IMG/VR virus record: IMGVR_UViG_3300017720_000003
Span: 1 to 64,000 of that record
DNA: 64,000 nt
Direction: 5' to 3' (one strand)
Source: a virus
Taxonomy: Duplodnaviria > Caudoviricetes
Positions 48,620 to 57,991 of this stretch are shown piece after piece. The notes under the pieces are model-generated. The model saw nothing but the letters and a program-made list of their open reading frames with translations, made no database searches and was not told where the DNA came from. Positions within the stretch are counted from its first letter, which is position 1; each line of letters starts with the position of its first letter. The translations under genes and the position numbers were made by a program.

Positions 48620-48661
48620 AATTTTTAAAAGCAAACAAGAAGTCTGCTCTTAAAAATTTTT
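48617..48661 (-). terminator. Long hairpin / possible terminator overlapping the promoter motif
   Basis: 20-bp arms with 18 Watson-Crick pairs; the two mismatches become G-U pairs in minus-strand RNA. Confidence 0.5.
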
Positions 48662-48687
48662 AAGATTATTTATGTAAGAGAAAAAGT

Positions 48688-48945
48688 TTAAGCTTGTTCT
48701 TCTTCTATTTCTTTGATATTACCTGTAGCTAAATCTACATTAACTTTACCATATTTTTCTTCTAATGTATTTGCATTAGCAGACCATTCTTCTTGCACTT
48801 GAACATGTTTAGTTAAAAGTTGAGATTTTACTACTTCAGCATTACCAATTTGTGCAAGTATATTAGTAATTTCTTTTTGTAATTTTGTAAGAGTTTCTAA
48901 TTCTGCTTTAGAAATCTTATTTGGTTTTTTTGCTTTTGCTGCCAT
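48688..48945 (-). CDS. Small coiled-coil protein, possible fibre-associated chaperone
   Basis: 85 aa helical protein ending LEEKYGKVNVDLATG; directly after the fibre genes; preceded by TATATTTG at 48976-48983. Confidence 0.6.
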   Translation of the reverse strand: MAAKAKKPNKISKAELETLTKLQKEITNILAQIGNAEVVKSQLLTKHVQVQEEWSANANTLEEKYGKVNVDLATGNIKEIEEEQA

Positions 48946-49016
48946 TTTTAAAATTTTATATTAATTATATATAGACAAATATAATAAAATAACTTTAATA
49001 CTAAAAAAAAATAATA

Positions 49017-49334
49017 CTATTCTGTATAAGTAAACTTTAAAACTTCATATTCTTGTTTAGCTAAATCAGTTACTTCATTTATACAAGCTTCTGTTAATTG
49101 ATCTGAATAAGGCTTAGTCCATTCTATTACTTGAGCTTTAAACTCAGGTGTGTCTGCCCATTCAATAAAATTATCTTTATCAAAAGGTATATATTGCACT
49201 CCATTCATATTATGTGTATATGTACCATCCGTTGCTGAAACATCAAAGCTAATAGATGTAATAACGTGATCTTTTCCTTCTAAAGACTTTTTAGCATCTA
49301 TGTTTGTAATTTCTATTGTTGTTGTAATTGCCAT
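49017..49334 (-). CDS. Small acidic protein, possible tail-fibre assembly protein
   Basis: 105 aa, immediately downstream of the long fibre gene. Confidence 0.55.
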   Translation of the reverse strand: MAITTTIEITNIDAKKSLEGKDHVITSISFDVSATDGTYTHNMNGVQYIPFDKDNFIEWADTPEFKAQVIEWTKPYSDQLTEACINEVTDLAKQEYEVLKFTYTE

Positions 49335-49340
49335 AATTTA

Positions 49341-52300
49341 TTAAGTTAAAGTTTGGTCTACGTTGTTTCTAAATATATCTAAATCTATTAATGAATATTC
49401 TACTGTAATATACCATGTTGGTTGGGTTGATAAAGTTGAATTCAACATTAATTTTACAGGTGCTCCTAAACCTCCTAAAGCTTCGTTTTGAGGATTACTA
49501 AGGCCATAAAGCTGGTGAGCGTTATAATACCAAGCTCCACTACCGTTTATAATAACAGTTCTTGCTACACCTCCTAAAATTGCATATACACCATTTTGTT
49601 GTTGCTGTACAAATTCAACAGGGTAAGTACTTGTTGACCACCCTTGACCTATAGTACTACCCGCTTTGTGAACAAATATATTTTTCACTATTAATACTTG
49701 ATCATTATCTGGTGTTGGCGTTACATTAACTCCATTAGAAGAACCAGTACTTGTTGGCCAACCACCAGTTTCTATTTTAGTGGTATATAATCTTGTTGCC
49801 ATTAATACTTTTCCAGTTGTTCCAAATCCAGCGGTGGATCTTAACAAACCAACGTTTGTTTCACCTCCCATATAATTACCAGCGTTAGATGGAGTATAAT
49901 TACCCATCTTAACATAATATGGGCTTGAACCTGATACAAAAAAGTTTTGCTCTGTAGTTGCACCAATGTTTAGTTCATTTCTTGCTCTAAACGTACCATT
50001 AACATCAAATGCAGAACCAGGTGTTTCAGTTCTAAATCCAACTTTTCTACCAACAGGATCTATATATAGAGTAGAAGTACTAGCACCATCTGGTCCAAAA
50101 TATGTTTCTCCATTACCTCTAATTTTAAATCTTTCATTAGCACCACTAGTTTGAATTTTAAATGAAGCATTTTCTTGATTTGTTATTGTAAAATTTGAAG
50201 TACCTCTATGAATAATTTCAGAAGATGTATTTGCACCACCATTACCTCTGATTATCCTTAATCCATAATCACTGTAAGTAGCATCACCTACTAAATCAAT
50301 ATAAGCATAACCATTATTAGTTCTGCCTTTACCTAACTCTATAGTATATTCTGATGCATTAGCACTCCCTCCTAGTTGAAGAGTTTGTCCACTCCATAAA
50401 AAGTCTGCTTCTGAAGTTATACCAGTGCTTGAATTCCAAAATGCAACTCTACCTGATGCTCCAGTACCAGTTACAGTTCCACTTCCTGTCCCCGCTCCTA
50501 TAAAAGCTCTAATAGCAGAAGGACTACTACAGTATCTTGTATAGTTATCTGTACTATTATTAACTCTAAAGGCAATTGCTCCAGATATTGTAGATTGATT
50601 AGCGTAAGTAGCTCTAAACAATCTTGCAGCAATATCAGCAGAACTATTTCTATAAGCAATAGTATTTGCTGCATCACTAGTTGATGCGTTTGAAGTTACT
50701 GTGAACGTAGTGTTACCAGTTTGATTTGCAGTTGCATCCATTGAACCACTTAAACCAAGACCTGCAGTTCTACCATCTATTTGACCATTTCCAGGAGTTG
50801 ATCCTGCATTATCATCAACATACTGTTTATTTGCAGCGTCATTACTATTAGTTGGAGTTTCAAGATTTATAATCTTATTAGTGTCCATATCTATTGAAGA
50901 ATCTGGTTTCCCAAATCTATTCATAGGTATATCTTCTATTTGTACTTTTTCAACTTGATCATTAGCAATTCCAGGATTAGAGTCTGCCATAAGAATATAT
51001 GGCGTATAAGGTGCAGTAGATATTGAGCTACCCCAAGCATTAGCACTAAAAATTAAATTGTCACTACCTGTACTATAGTCTACACTAACTGTACCAGTGC
51101 CTGTTATTGTTCCACCCGTAAGTCCATTACCAGTTGCAACGCTTGTTACTCCTGAACTTGTTACATATCTACCATCTAAGTCTACCGTAACTGCACTAAG
51201 ACCACTTCTATTAAGTGTTAATACTCCGTTACTTGTATTAAATGACGCACTTGATACATAGTTATTTGATCCACTATCATCAGTCCAAGATGCAGTTAGT
51301 GTACCACCATCTTGTTGTGTAGCAGTTAATGTTTTTGTAGTAGTACCTGTAACAGCTAAACTATTAATTTTATCATTATATGCAGCATCCCAGTTTGTAT
51401 TAGTTACATTAGATAATACTCCAGAGTTAGACAGTCTAATAGTACCAGCTGTATATATAGCAGAATCTACAAAATCTGAAATAGTACCTCCTTTTATTAT
51501 TAAAGGATACTTGTCAAATGCAGAACCTTGATAATCATTAACAAAAAATACAAATCTATCATTTGTAGTTGCATTATCTCTTAATTCAAATGTTAAATCA
51601 ATTGAATCACTTGATGGTTGTATTGCATAAATTCTTGCACCATCATTATTTAATGTCCAATCAAATCCTTTTCCTGAAGTTGGGAAAGTACCTGCTGTAT
51701 CTACAAACTTTAGATCTGCAGTATTAGCCATTGTTAAATCATTACTAAATGTCTTTGCGCCTGCAATTGTTTGTGTGCCTGAAGTTCTTACTACAGTACT
51801 ATCTAATTGAATAGTTCCTGATCCTGTTATTGTACCTCCTGTGATACCATTTGTAGTGGCCACAGATGTTACACCTGAACTTGAGCTTGTTCCTGCCCCT
51901 ATAAGAGTTCTTACCTCTGCTGCAGTGATACCAGTATTTAATGTTGGTGTGCTACCGTTAGATAGAATAGCAGGAGTACCTGTATCATTAATAACACCTA
52001 AATTAGTTCTTGCTGCTGCAGCTGAACTTGCCCCTGTACCACCATTTGCTACAGATAAATCTGTACCTGACCAATCTGAATTATTAATAGAAAGTGTACC
52101 GCCCAATGTTAAATTACCAGAACTTGTTACAGTACCAGTAAGAGTAATTCCATTGACAGAACCTGTAGTACCAACACTAGTAACTGTACCTTGCGGATTA
52201 CTAAATGATGTAGTTAAACTACCACCGTCTTGTTGCGTAAGGGTTAATGTTATTGTAGAAGAACCTGAATCAGTAAATCCTGTTATTTTGTTGTCATATG

Positions 52301-54074
52301 CATCAGACCATTGATCAGAAGTATTTCCATTAACTGTTAGTACATCACTTACAGAATTCCAAGTCATTTGACTATCACTTGTAATATTTGATGCGCTATT
52401 CCAAAAGGCTACTCTACCAGATGAACCACTACCTGTTACATTACCTACTTGAGAGTTGTCAATCTTAGTCCATGTTGTATTAGCAAATACAGCCCAATCC
52501 CCTATTGCCCAATCTGTAATGCCATCTAAGTTTGTGCTACCTGCAACAGATACTATATAATAGTCTCCCGATGTACCCGTACCACTTGATAAAGATGGTG
52601 AATTCGTACTTGCATTCCATGTTCCATCAAATTTTAACACTCCTGTTACAGCTGTATCAATAGCGGATTGTATTTGTGATCCTGTTGCTAAATTAAAAGA
52701 ATTACTACTTACTGCAGCAGTTATTGTAGATATTGTTGATGTTGTACCACTGGCTACTGATATTGTAGATAAATTACCTGAGTTTATTTGATTAACTTGA
52801 CCTGTAGCTCCAGTTGTTACTCCTGTTACCCTTCCATATGCATCTACTGTAATATTATCTATTTTAGTACTGTTAGATGTAGAACCATAAGTTCCAGCTC
52901 CAACGCCACCAGTGGCCATGTTAATAGTAATTGTTTCATTACTACTCTGATTAGTTGTAAAATCTCCACCAGTAGTTAAATTTGTACCTGCTTGTATAGT
53001 TATAGTAGAATTGTATACTGTTGGAACATTAGATGATAAAGCATATCTGCCATCCAAATCAACTGTAACTGCACTCAAACCAGATCTATTTAACGTAAGA
53101 ACACCATTACCTGTGGAAAATGAAGCGCTTGATAAATAGTTGTTAGTATTAATCATAGTCTGAAGTTGTCCTATCTCCAGTAGTTGATTTATATTATTTA
53201 CATCATCATTATTATGAAGTATCATAGAAAGAGAACCAGTATCAGCAGAACCTGGAGTACCTGTATAATTAGGTAAACTTTCTGGGTCAAGACCAACGGT
53301 AGCTGTACCACCTGAGTAAGAAAGACGTAGACCATCATAAGTTCCTGCTCCATTTACATTAACATTACCTGCACCTATTGCAGATGCAGTTGCTGTAGTA
53401 ATACTTATTGTTCCAGATCCTGTGATTGTTCCACCTTGTATTGGAGAAGTTGTGGCTATTGATGTAACAGATCCACTACCAGTTCCAGCTCCAATATCTG
53501 AACGAACTTGTGCACCAGTTCTGTATTTAATCACACCATTGTCTGCTACTACAAACTTATCAGTATCGGTAGAGGCGTTTGCTATGTTATCTAATGAAAG
53601 TTCACCATTTATAAGTAAAGTATTTGATATATAAGCAGTTCCATTTACATCTAAATTATATGCAGGTAATTCAAAATCACTTAAAGGATTTATAAGTATT
53701 GCTCCTGTAGCTGAGTTATTTGTACCAATAGCAGAAACATTAACTGCATGAATAAATGCACCTGAACCATTACCTTTATTAGCAGATAAAGTTAATATAG
53801 ACTGATTGTTTGATGCATCTGCTATTCTTGAGTAAATAGCATTATAAGTAAGTGGAGTCCCTGAACTTGGTACCATACCATTCTTACCCTTATACTCTAC
53901 AACACCCAAGGTGTCTGAATCAGCAATAGCAGCATTTCTATATAAAACGATATCTGGTGCAGATGCCGAAGATGTGTCCGTTGAAGTTAATATTAAATTG
54001 TCAGTAACTCCACTTGTAGCAATAGTTACATTACCAGTGATTGCTTGACCATTTAAAAAATTAATGTTTGCCAT
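49341..54074 (-). CDS. Long tail fibre / receptor-binding protein built from repeated modules
   Basis: 1577 aa, Gly/Ser/Thr-rich; duplicated and triplicated modules; DAANKQYVD and VGFRTETP fibre motifs. Confidence 0.8.
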   Translation of the reverse strand: MANINFLNGQAITGNVTIATSGVTDNLILTSTDTSSASAPDIVLYRNAAIADSDTLGVVEYKGKNGMVPSSGTPLTYNAIYSRIADASNNQSILTLSANKGNGSGAFIHAVNVSAIGTNNSATGAILINPLSDFELPAYNLDVNGTAYISNTLLINGELSLDNIANASTDTDKFVVADNGVIKYRTGAQVRSDIGAGTGSGSVTSIATTSPIQGGTITGSGTISITTATASAIGAGNVNVNGAGTYDGLRLSYSGGTATVGLDPESLPNYTGTPGSADTGSLSMILHNNDDVNNINQLLEIGQLQTMINTNNYLSSASFSTGNGVLTLNRSGLSAVTVDLDGRYALSSNVPTVYNSTITIQAGTNLTTGGDFTTNQSSNETITINMATGGVGAGTYGSTSNSTKIDNITVDAYGRVTGVTTGATGQVNQINSGNLSTISVASGTTSTISTITAAVSSNSFNLATGSQIQSAIDTAVTGVLKFDGTWNASTNSPSLSSGTGTSGDYYIVSVAGSTNLDGITDWAIGDWAVFANTTWTKIDNSQVGNVTGSGSSGRVAFWNSASNITSDSQMTWNSVSDVLTVNGNTSDQWSDAYDNKITGFTDSGSSTITLTLTQQDGGSLTTSFSNPQGTVTSVGTTGSVNGITLTGTVTSSGNLTLGGTLSINNSDWSGTDLSVANGGTGASSAAAARTNLGVINDTGTPAILSNGSTPTLNTGITAAEVRTLIGAGTSSSSGVTSVATTNGITGGTITGSGTIQLDSTVVRTSGTQTIAGAKTFSNDLTMANTADLKFVDTAGTFPTSGKGFDWTLNNDGARIYAIQPSSDSIDLTFELRDNATTNDRFVFFVNDYQGSAFDKYPLIIKGGTISDFVDSAIYTAGTIRLSNSGVLSNVTNTNWDAAYNDKINSLAVTGTTTKTLTATQQDGGTLTASWTDDSGSNNYVSSASFNTSNGVLTLNRSGLSAVTVDLDGRYVTSSGVTSVATGNGLTGGTITGTGTVSVDYSTGSDNLIFSANAWGSSISTAPYTPYILMADSNPGIANDQVEKVQIEDIPMNRFGKPDSSIDMDTNKIINLETPTNSNDAANKQYVDDNAGSTPGNGQIDGRTAGLGLSGSMDATANQTGNTTFTVTSNASTSDAANTIAYRNSSADIAARLFRATYANQSTISGAIAFRVNNSTDNYTRYCSSPSAIRAFIGAGTGSGTVTGTGASGRVAFWNSSTGITSEADFLWSGQTLQLGGSANASEYTIELGKGRTNNGYAYIDLVGDATYSDYGLRIIRGNGGANTSSEIIHRGTSNFTITNQENASFKIQTSGANERFKIRGNGETYFGPDGASTSTLYIDPVGRKVGFRTETPGSAFDVNGTFRARNELNIGATTEQNFFVSGSSPYYVKMGNYTPSNAGNYMGGETNVGLLRSTAGFGTTGKVLMATRLYTTKIETGGWPTSTGSSNGVNVTPTPDNDQVLIVKNIFVHKAGSTIGQGWSTSTYPVEFVQQQQNGVYAILGGVARTVIINGSGAWYYNAHQLYGLSNPQNEALGGLGAPVKLMLNSTLSTQPTWYITVEYSLIDLDIFRNNVDQTLT

Positions 54075-54092
54075 TTATCCTACTTTTAATTT

Positions 54093-54140
54093 CAAATGTA
54101 CAAAAATTAAAGTATTAATTAAAATACTTTAACCCTTGTA
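54093..54140 (-). promoter_or_regulatory. TACATTTG (-7 element) overlapping an 18-bp hairpin
   Basis: TAnnTTTG match at 54093-54100; minus-strand TACAAGGGTTAAAGTATT / AATACTTTAATTTTTGTA stem at 54099-54140. Confidence 0.5.
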
Positions 54141-54154
54141 ATTTTATGTTATGT

Positions 54155-56533
54155 TTAAGCTAAAGCTGTAACTAATACTCTTAAACTATCAACACTTTGT
54201 GCTGCAGAACAATTAATAGTAACATTATCAACATCCGTTCTTACAATATCTGGATAAACATTTGCTCCTGTAGATTTTAAAAATACCTGAACTAAAACAT
54301 CTAAAGTTCCTAAACCATGATTAACTGTCCAAGATGATACTGATGTAGCTGGATAATCATCTGCAAAACTTGTTAAAGCTGGTAATTGTTCAGCTAAATT
54401 TTGAACTGTTACTCTTTTATTAGTTGATGCTGATGTATCATATATAAGTAATGAATCACCTGATGCTGGTGAAGTATCTTGTGTTCTACCAATAATATCT
54501 AAACCTACTACAGCAGCTTGACCTTCACCTGTTGCACCTGATACATCTATACCTAATCTATTATTACTTGTAGATTCTGCTACAGTAGCTGTATAGTTAC
54601 CTGATGTTTCTGTACCTAATGTTACATCTGTTATTTGTACCCATCCATTTGCAGTTACACTAAAGTTTGCACTATCAAAACCAGCAACACCTTTATTTGT
54701 TCCACCATCTGTAGATCCTGCACCTGCTATATTCTGATCTGCTATTACAACAGTATAGTCAGACAATGCAGGAGATGATCCTGCTGTTATATCTGCATCT
54801 GCAAATATAAAATCACCTGGCTCTAGTTGTGTACTAAAGAATGCATTACCTGCAACACTTACTACATAAAAATCACCTTGATTCATTGCAACGTTACTAC
54901 CACCACTTAATGCTGGTGAGTTAGTACTTGCATTATATGCTCCTTGGAATGTACCTACTCCTGCTGTTTCAGATAAAACAAAAGCTTTAGAAGCTGCATC
55001 AGTTGCCGCACTAGGTGTTGTAGGAACTGTTACTTGACCTCCAAAACTTGATTGACCTGTACCTGTTACCTTCAATACTCCAGACATATTTACTGCCTCT
55101 TGACCATTTGTAGTATCTATTTCTAAAATACCTGTTTTACCTGAAGCGTCAAATGATAATGCAGAAGTGTTGTTATCTATAAGATCTACATCTGTTGCTG
55201 CTGGTAACTTAAGAGCACCTCCATTAACAGTTAAATCACCTGTAATTGTTACATCATCTGGTAACCCAATAGTAATAGTACCATTATTTCCTGTAGATTC
55301 AGTAATTGCTATTTCACTTGTAGTACCTGCAATAGTAAGAGTACTATCAGTACCTGAACTTGCATCAAGTGTTACTACTGCTGAATTTGCAGCACCAGCT
55401 GAAACTGGTAATGTATATGTTACTATACTAGAAGAAGTAATAAATCCTGCATCATTATTAAATATACTTAAACCTATTTCAGATGCTTCTTTTTGTTTAC
55501 CTTGATTCTTTCCTGTCTCAGAAACATCTAATACAAAAAATGCATCACCTGTTAACATTGTTTGAGTCATATCAACTAACTCACTAGCATCAACATCTAA
55601 TGTTATGTTTGCTGCTGCTGTTGGGTTTGCAACTGAACTATCTATCAAATAACCATCTGTTACTGCAACTGAAGTTACTGTACCACCTGAAGTTGGTAAC
55701 TGTGAAATATTTACATATTTTGCATTTGAATCTGTTGCATCAGAAATTAATACTTTATCTGTAACCTGTAATGTACCTAAACTAGTACCATCTGTTGCTG
55801 ATAAAACTACGTTATCTGAACCTGAATAATCTACATTTACTGCACCAGTTGTAATAGCTATACCATCACCTGATCCAACAGTTAAAGTTTGAATGTGTTC
55901 TCCTTGAGTTGTATCTACGGATGTACCACTTAAACCATTTCCTGCTGTTATATCAACTCTTGTTATATCTCCTGTTGTTCCAGCAGCATTTATTTCTGCA
56001 ACTGTAACATATTTATTTGTTGATGTATCTACATCATAAATTAATAACCTATCTGTAGTTGATGCAGTTGCTCCTAATGCCGTTTGATTAGCAATATCTA
56101 ATCCAACTATTACATTACCTGTAGTAGGATTAACTTCAATACCTTTTAAAGCATTATTTGTTGATTTAGCAACAGAAGTTACTGCATCAGTTGTAGTAGT
56201 ATCAATTGTTATTTGTGAAGCACTATCTCTAGTTAATGTAATGTTTGTACCACCAACTAATACAATTGCATCATCTGTTCCATCATTTCCTTTTAAATTT
56301 ATATTTGTGGTTCCAGAAGGTACATCTAAACTATAAGTAGTATCCCCATCTGCACCAGTAGTTACATCTACCCATCCTGTGTTATTTCTTAATCTTAACT
56401 TGTTGGTAGCAGTATCATAATACAACTGACCAACTCCGTATACGGTAGGTGCTGTACCAACGGGTTGTACGAGGAAGTTTTGTATCTGACTTCCTTCTAG
56501 TGAAATTGAGTTTAAAAATTTTATTGCTGCCAT
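54155..56533 (-). CDS. Tail fibre protein
   Basis: 792 aa, Thr/Gly-rich; GQLYYDT, DAASKAFV, YNASTNSP modules; C-terminal VNHGLG domain. Confidence 0.75.
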   Translation of the reverse strand: MAAIKFLNSISLEGSQIQNFLVQPVGTAPTVYGVGQLYYDTATNKLRLRNNTGWVDVTTGADGDTTYSLDVPSGTTNINLKGNDGTDDAIVLVGGTNITLTRDSASQITIDTTTTDAVTSVAKSTNNALKGIEVNPTTGNVIVGLDIANQTALGATASTTDRLLIYDVDTSTNKYVTVAEINAAGTTGDITRVDITAGNGLSGTSVDTTQGEHIQTLTVGSGDGIAITTGAVNVDYSGSDNVVLSATDGTSLGTLQVTDKVLISDATDSNAKYVNISQLPTSGGTVTSVAVTDGYLIDSSVANPTAAANITLDVDASELVDMTQTMLTGDAFFVLDVSETGKNQGKQKEASEIGLSIFNNDAGFITSSSIVTYTLPVSAGAANSAVVTLDASSGTDSTLTIAGTTSEIAITESTGNNGTITIGLPDDVTITGDLTVNGGALKLPAATDVDLIDNNTSALSFDASGKTGILEIDTTNGQEAVNMSGVLKVTGTGQSSFGGQVTVPTTPSAATDAASKAFVLSETAGVGTFQGAYNASTNSPALSGGSNVAMNQGDFYVVSVAGNAFFSTQLEPGDFIFADADITAGSSPALSDYTVVIADQNIAGAGSTDGGTNKGVAGFDSANFSVTANGWVQITDVTLGTETSGNYTATVAESTSNNRLGIDVSGATGEGQAAVVGLDIIGRTQDTSPASGDSLLIYDTSASTNKRVTVQNLAEQLPALTSFADDYPATSVSSWTVNHGLGTLDVLVQVFLKSTGANVYPDIVRTDVDNVTINCSAAQSVDSLRVLVTALA

Positions 56534-56554
56534 TGTTTTATATATTTATTATTT

Positions 56555-57100
56555 TTAATTTAAATATGCACAACCTGAAAAGGCTGATGCAAATGTTACT
56601 GTTAATATGTTTGAGTTAGTATAATCCACGTCTCCTATTACTGTACTGTTTCCACTATCTACTACCGTTACTGAAGGAAATTTACCCAAATTATGAGTAA
56701 TAGTCCATACAGATAAAGGTGCATCTTGACAAAAAGTGAATGTACCCGTATCAGCTACTATTTCTGCCAAATCAATTATAGTACAAACATTAGTTGGTAC
56801 ACTTGGGCAAGATTGACTTGCTTTTGTGTTTACTGAAGCTAATGGTTCTACAAATACTCCTTTTTCTTCTGTTGCAACTACAATTTTATTACTTGCTGCA
56901 TTTTGCCAATCACATAGTTCTTTTTCAATTATTGCATTAACAAAATCGGTGTAACAACAAGAAGCAATACCAAACTTAATTGATTTAAAGTTTGCATAAG
57001 CTTGATTAGCAAAATTTTGCTCAACCTTAATTTGCTTTAACAATCTAAGCTCTTTTTCTTGAGCTGCATTTGATGATGCTACAATAGTTGATGTTGCCAT
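56555..57100 (-). CDS. Tail hub/arm protein with WTITHNLG domain
   Basis: 181 aa; C-terminal WTITHNLGKFPSVTVVD...FSGCAYLN domain. Confidence 0.6.
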   Translation of the reverse strand: MATSTIVASSNAAQEKELRLLKQIKVEQNFANQAYANFKSIKFGIASCCYTDFVNAIIEKELCDWQNAASNKIVVATEEKGVFVEPLASVNTKASQSCPSVPTNVCTIIDLAEIVADTGTFTFCQDAPLSVWTITHNLGKFPSVTVVDSGNSTVIGDVDYTNSNILTVTFASAFSGCAYLN

Positions 57101-57107
57101 ATTTTAT

Positions 57108-57287
57108 TTACTTATTCCTTAAATCTTGTATCTGTTGTTTTGCTAGCTCTAAATTTAAGTCTCTTGATGTTGATACATTTGCTTCAGCTTTTGCTTTACA
57201 TTGTTTACATACTATTACTCCATTTCCTAAACTAGCTTTTTGACATCCACAAGTAAATACTTTATTACAGTGAGCACAATTTGCCAT
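57108..57287 (-). CDS. Small Cys-rich, putative Zn-binding protein (59 aa)
   Basis: Probable start MANCAHC at 57287 (avoids overlap with the upstream gene, has an A-rich leader); CxxC-x5-CxC-...-CxxC. Confidence 0.65.
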   Translation of the reverse strand: MANCAHCNKVFTCGCQKASLGNGVIVCKQCKAKAEANVSTSRDLNLELAKQQIQDLRNK

Positions 57288-57298
57288 TTTGTGTTGGT

Positions 57299-57874
57299 TT
57301 AAATTAAATATTTTGAACTTGATCCGCAGTTTCCTGTTGGACATGAGATCTTATTCAACCTTTGTTTTGCATAACTATATAATTGCATACCATGAGCTGA
57401 TGATTGACAATATTCTACATTAGCTACTGCTGCATCAATCATAGTTTTTATGTAATACATTTCAGAAAGCAATGCTTCTTTATCTGAATCAGGCTGGCAA
57501 GCTTGTACATTTAAATCACATAATACTTCATAATAAGTAGTAAGTAATTCAGTTACTCTTAAGTGGTTATATTCTACATATACTTTAGAGTTTGGAGATA
57601 CACTGTATTTAACAATGTATATTCCATCAGGAATTTTATCTTGCGTGGTTCCACAATCTTTTGTTTGCAGTGCCATTGTACATGCAGTTAAACACATATC
57701 AAAGTTTTTATCTACTTTAACAAGTACAGGTACAGAATATCCCGGCAACGTTATTAACAGTTCTTCACAATCCACAGCTAACTCTGATGAATATTGACTT
57801 GTATCTTTAATACATAATAAATCACAGTTAGATACTGTAGGAATTTCTAAACTTAATATATGTCTGCTTGCCAT
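57299..57874 (-). CDS. Cys-rich tail hub/structural protein
   Basis: 191 aa; IPDGIYIVKYSV motif; follows the auxiliary capsid gene. Confidence 0.55.
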   Translation of the reverse strand: MASRHILSLEIPTVSNCDLLCIKDTSQYSSELAVDCEELLITLPGYSVPVLVKVDKNFDMCLTACTMALQTKDCGTTQDKIPDGIYIVKYSVSPNSKVYVEYNHLRVTELLTTYYEVLCDLNVQACQPDSDKEALLSEMYYIKTMIDAAVANVEYCQSSAHGMQLYSYAKQRLNKISCPTGNCGSSSKYLI

Positions 57875-57902
57875 TTTTTATTTGCTTTAATACACTATAT
57901 AG

Positions 57903-57914
57903 ATAATATACAAA
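57903..57914 (-). promoter_or_regulatory. Candidate phage promoter TTTGTATATTAT
   Basis: Exact repeat of 48608-48619, just downstream of a terminator. Confidence 0.6.
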
Positions 57915-57930
57915 AAAAACAAGAATATAT

Positions 57931-57966
57931 AAAATAAAAAGAGCAGGAGTTTATCACCCCTGCTCT
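57931..57966 (-). terminator. Intrinsic terminator after the auxiliary capsid gene
   Basis: AGAGCAGG...CCTGCTCT stem followed by TTTTATTTT on the minus strand. Confidence 0.75.
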
Positions 57967-57991
57967 AATTAAATTTAAGATATTAAATATC

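Noticed and set aside
49341-56533. Diversity-generating retroelement or invertible fibre cassette
   Set aside because: No reverse transcriptase or invertase in the window; the fibre repeats differ at synonymous sites rather than specifically at adenines.
57288-57344. Listed 78-aa start (MSNRKL...) for the small Cys-rich gene
   Set aside because: It overlaps the upstream gene; the ATG at 57287 has a typical A-rich leader and gives a compact Cys domain.
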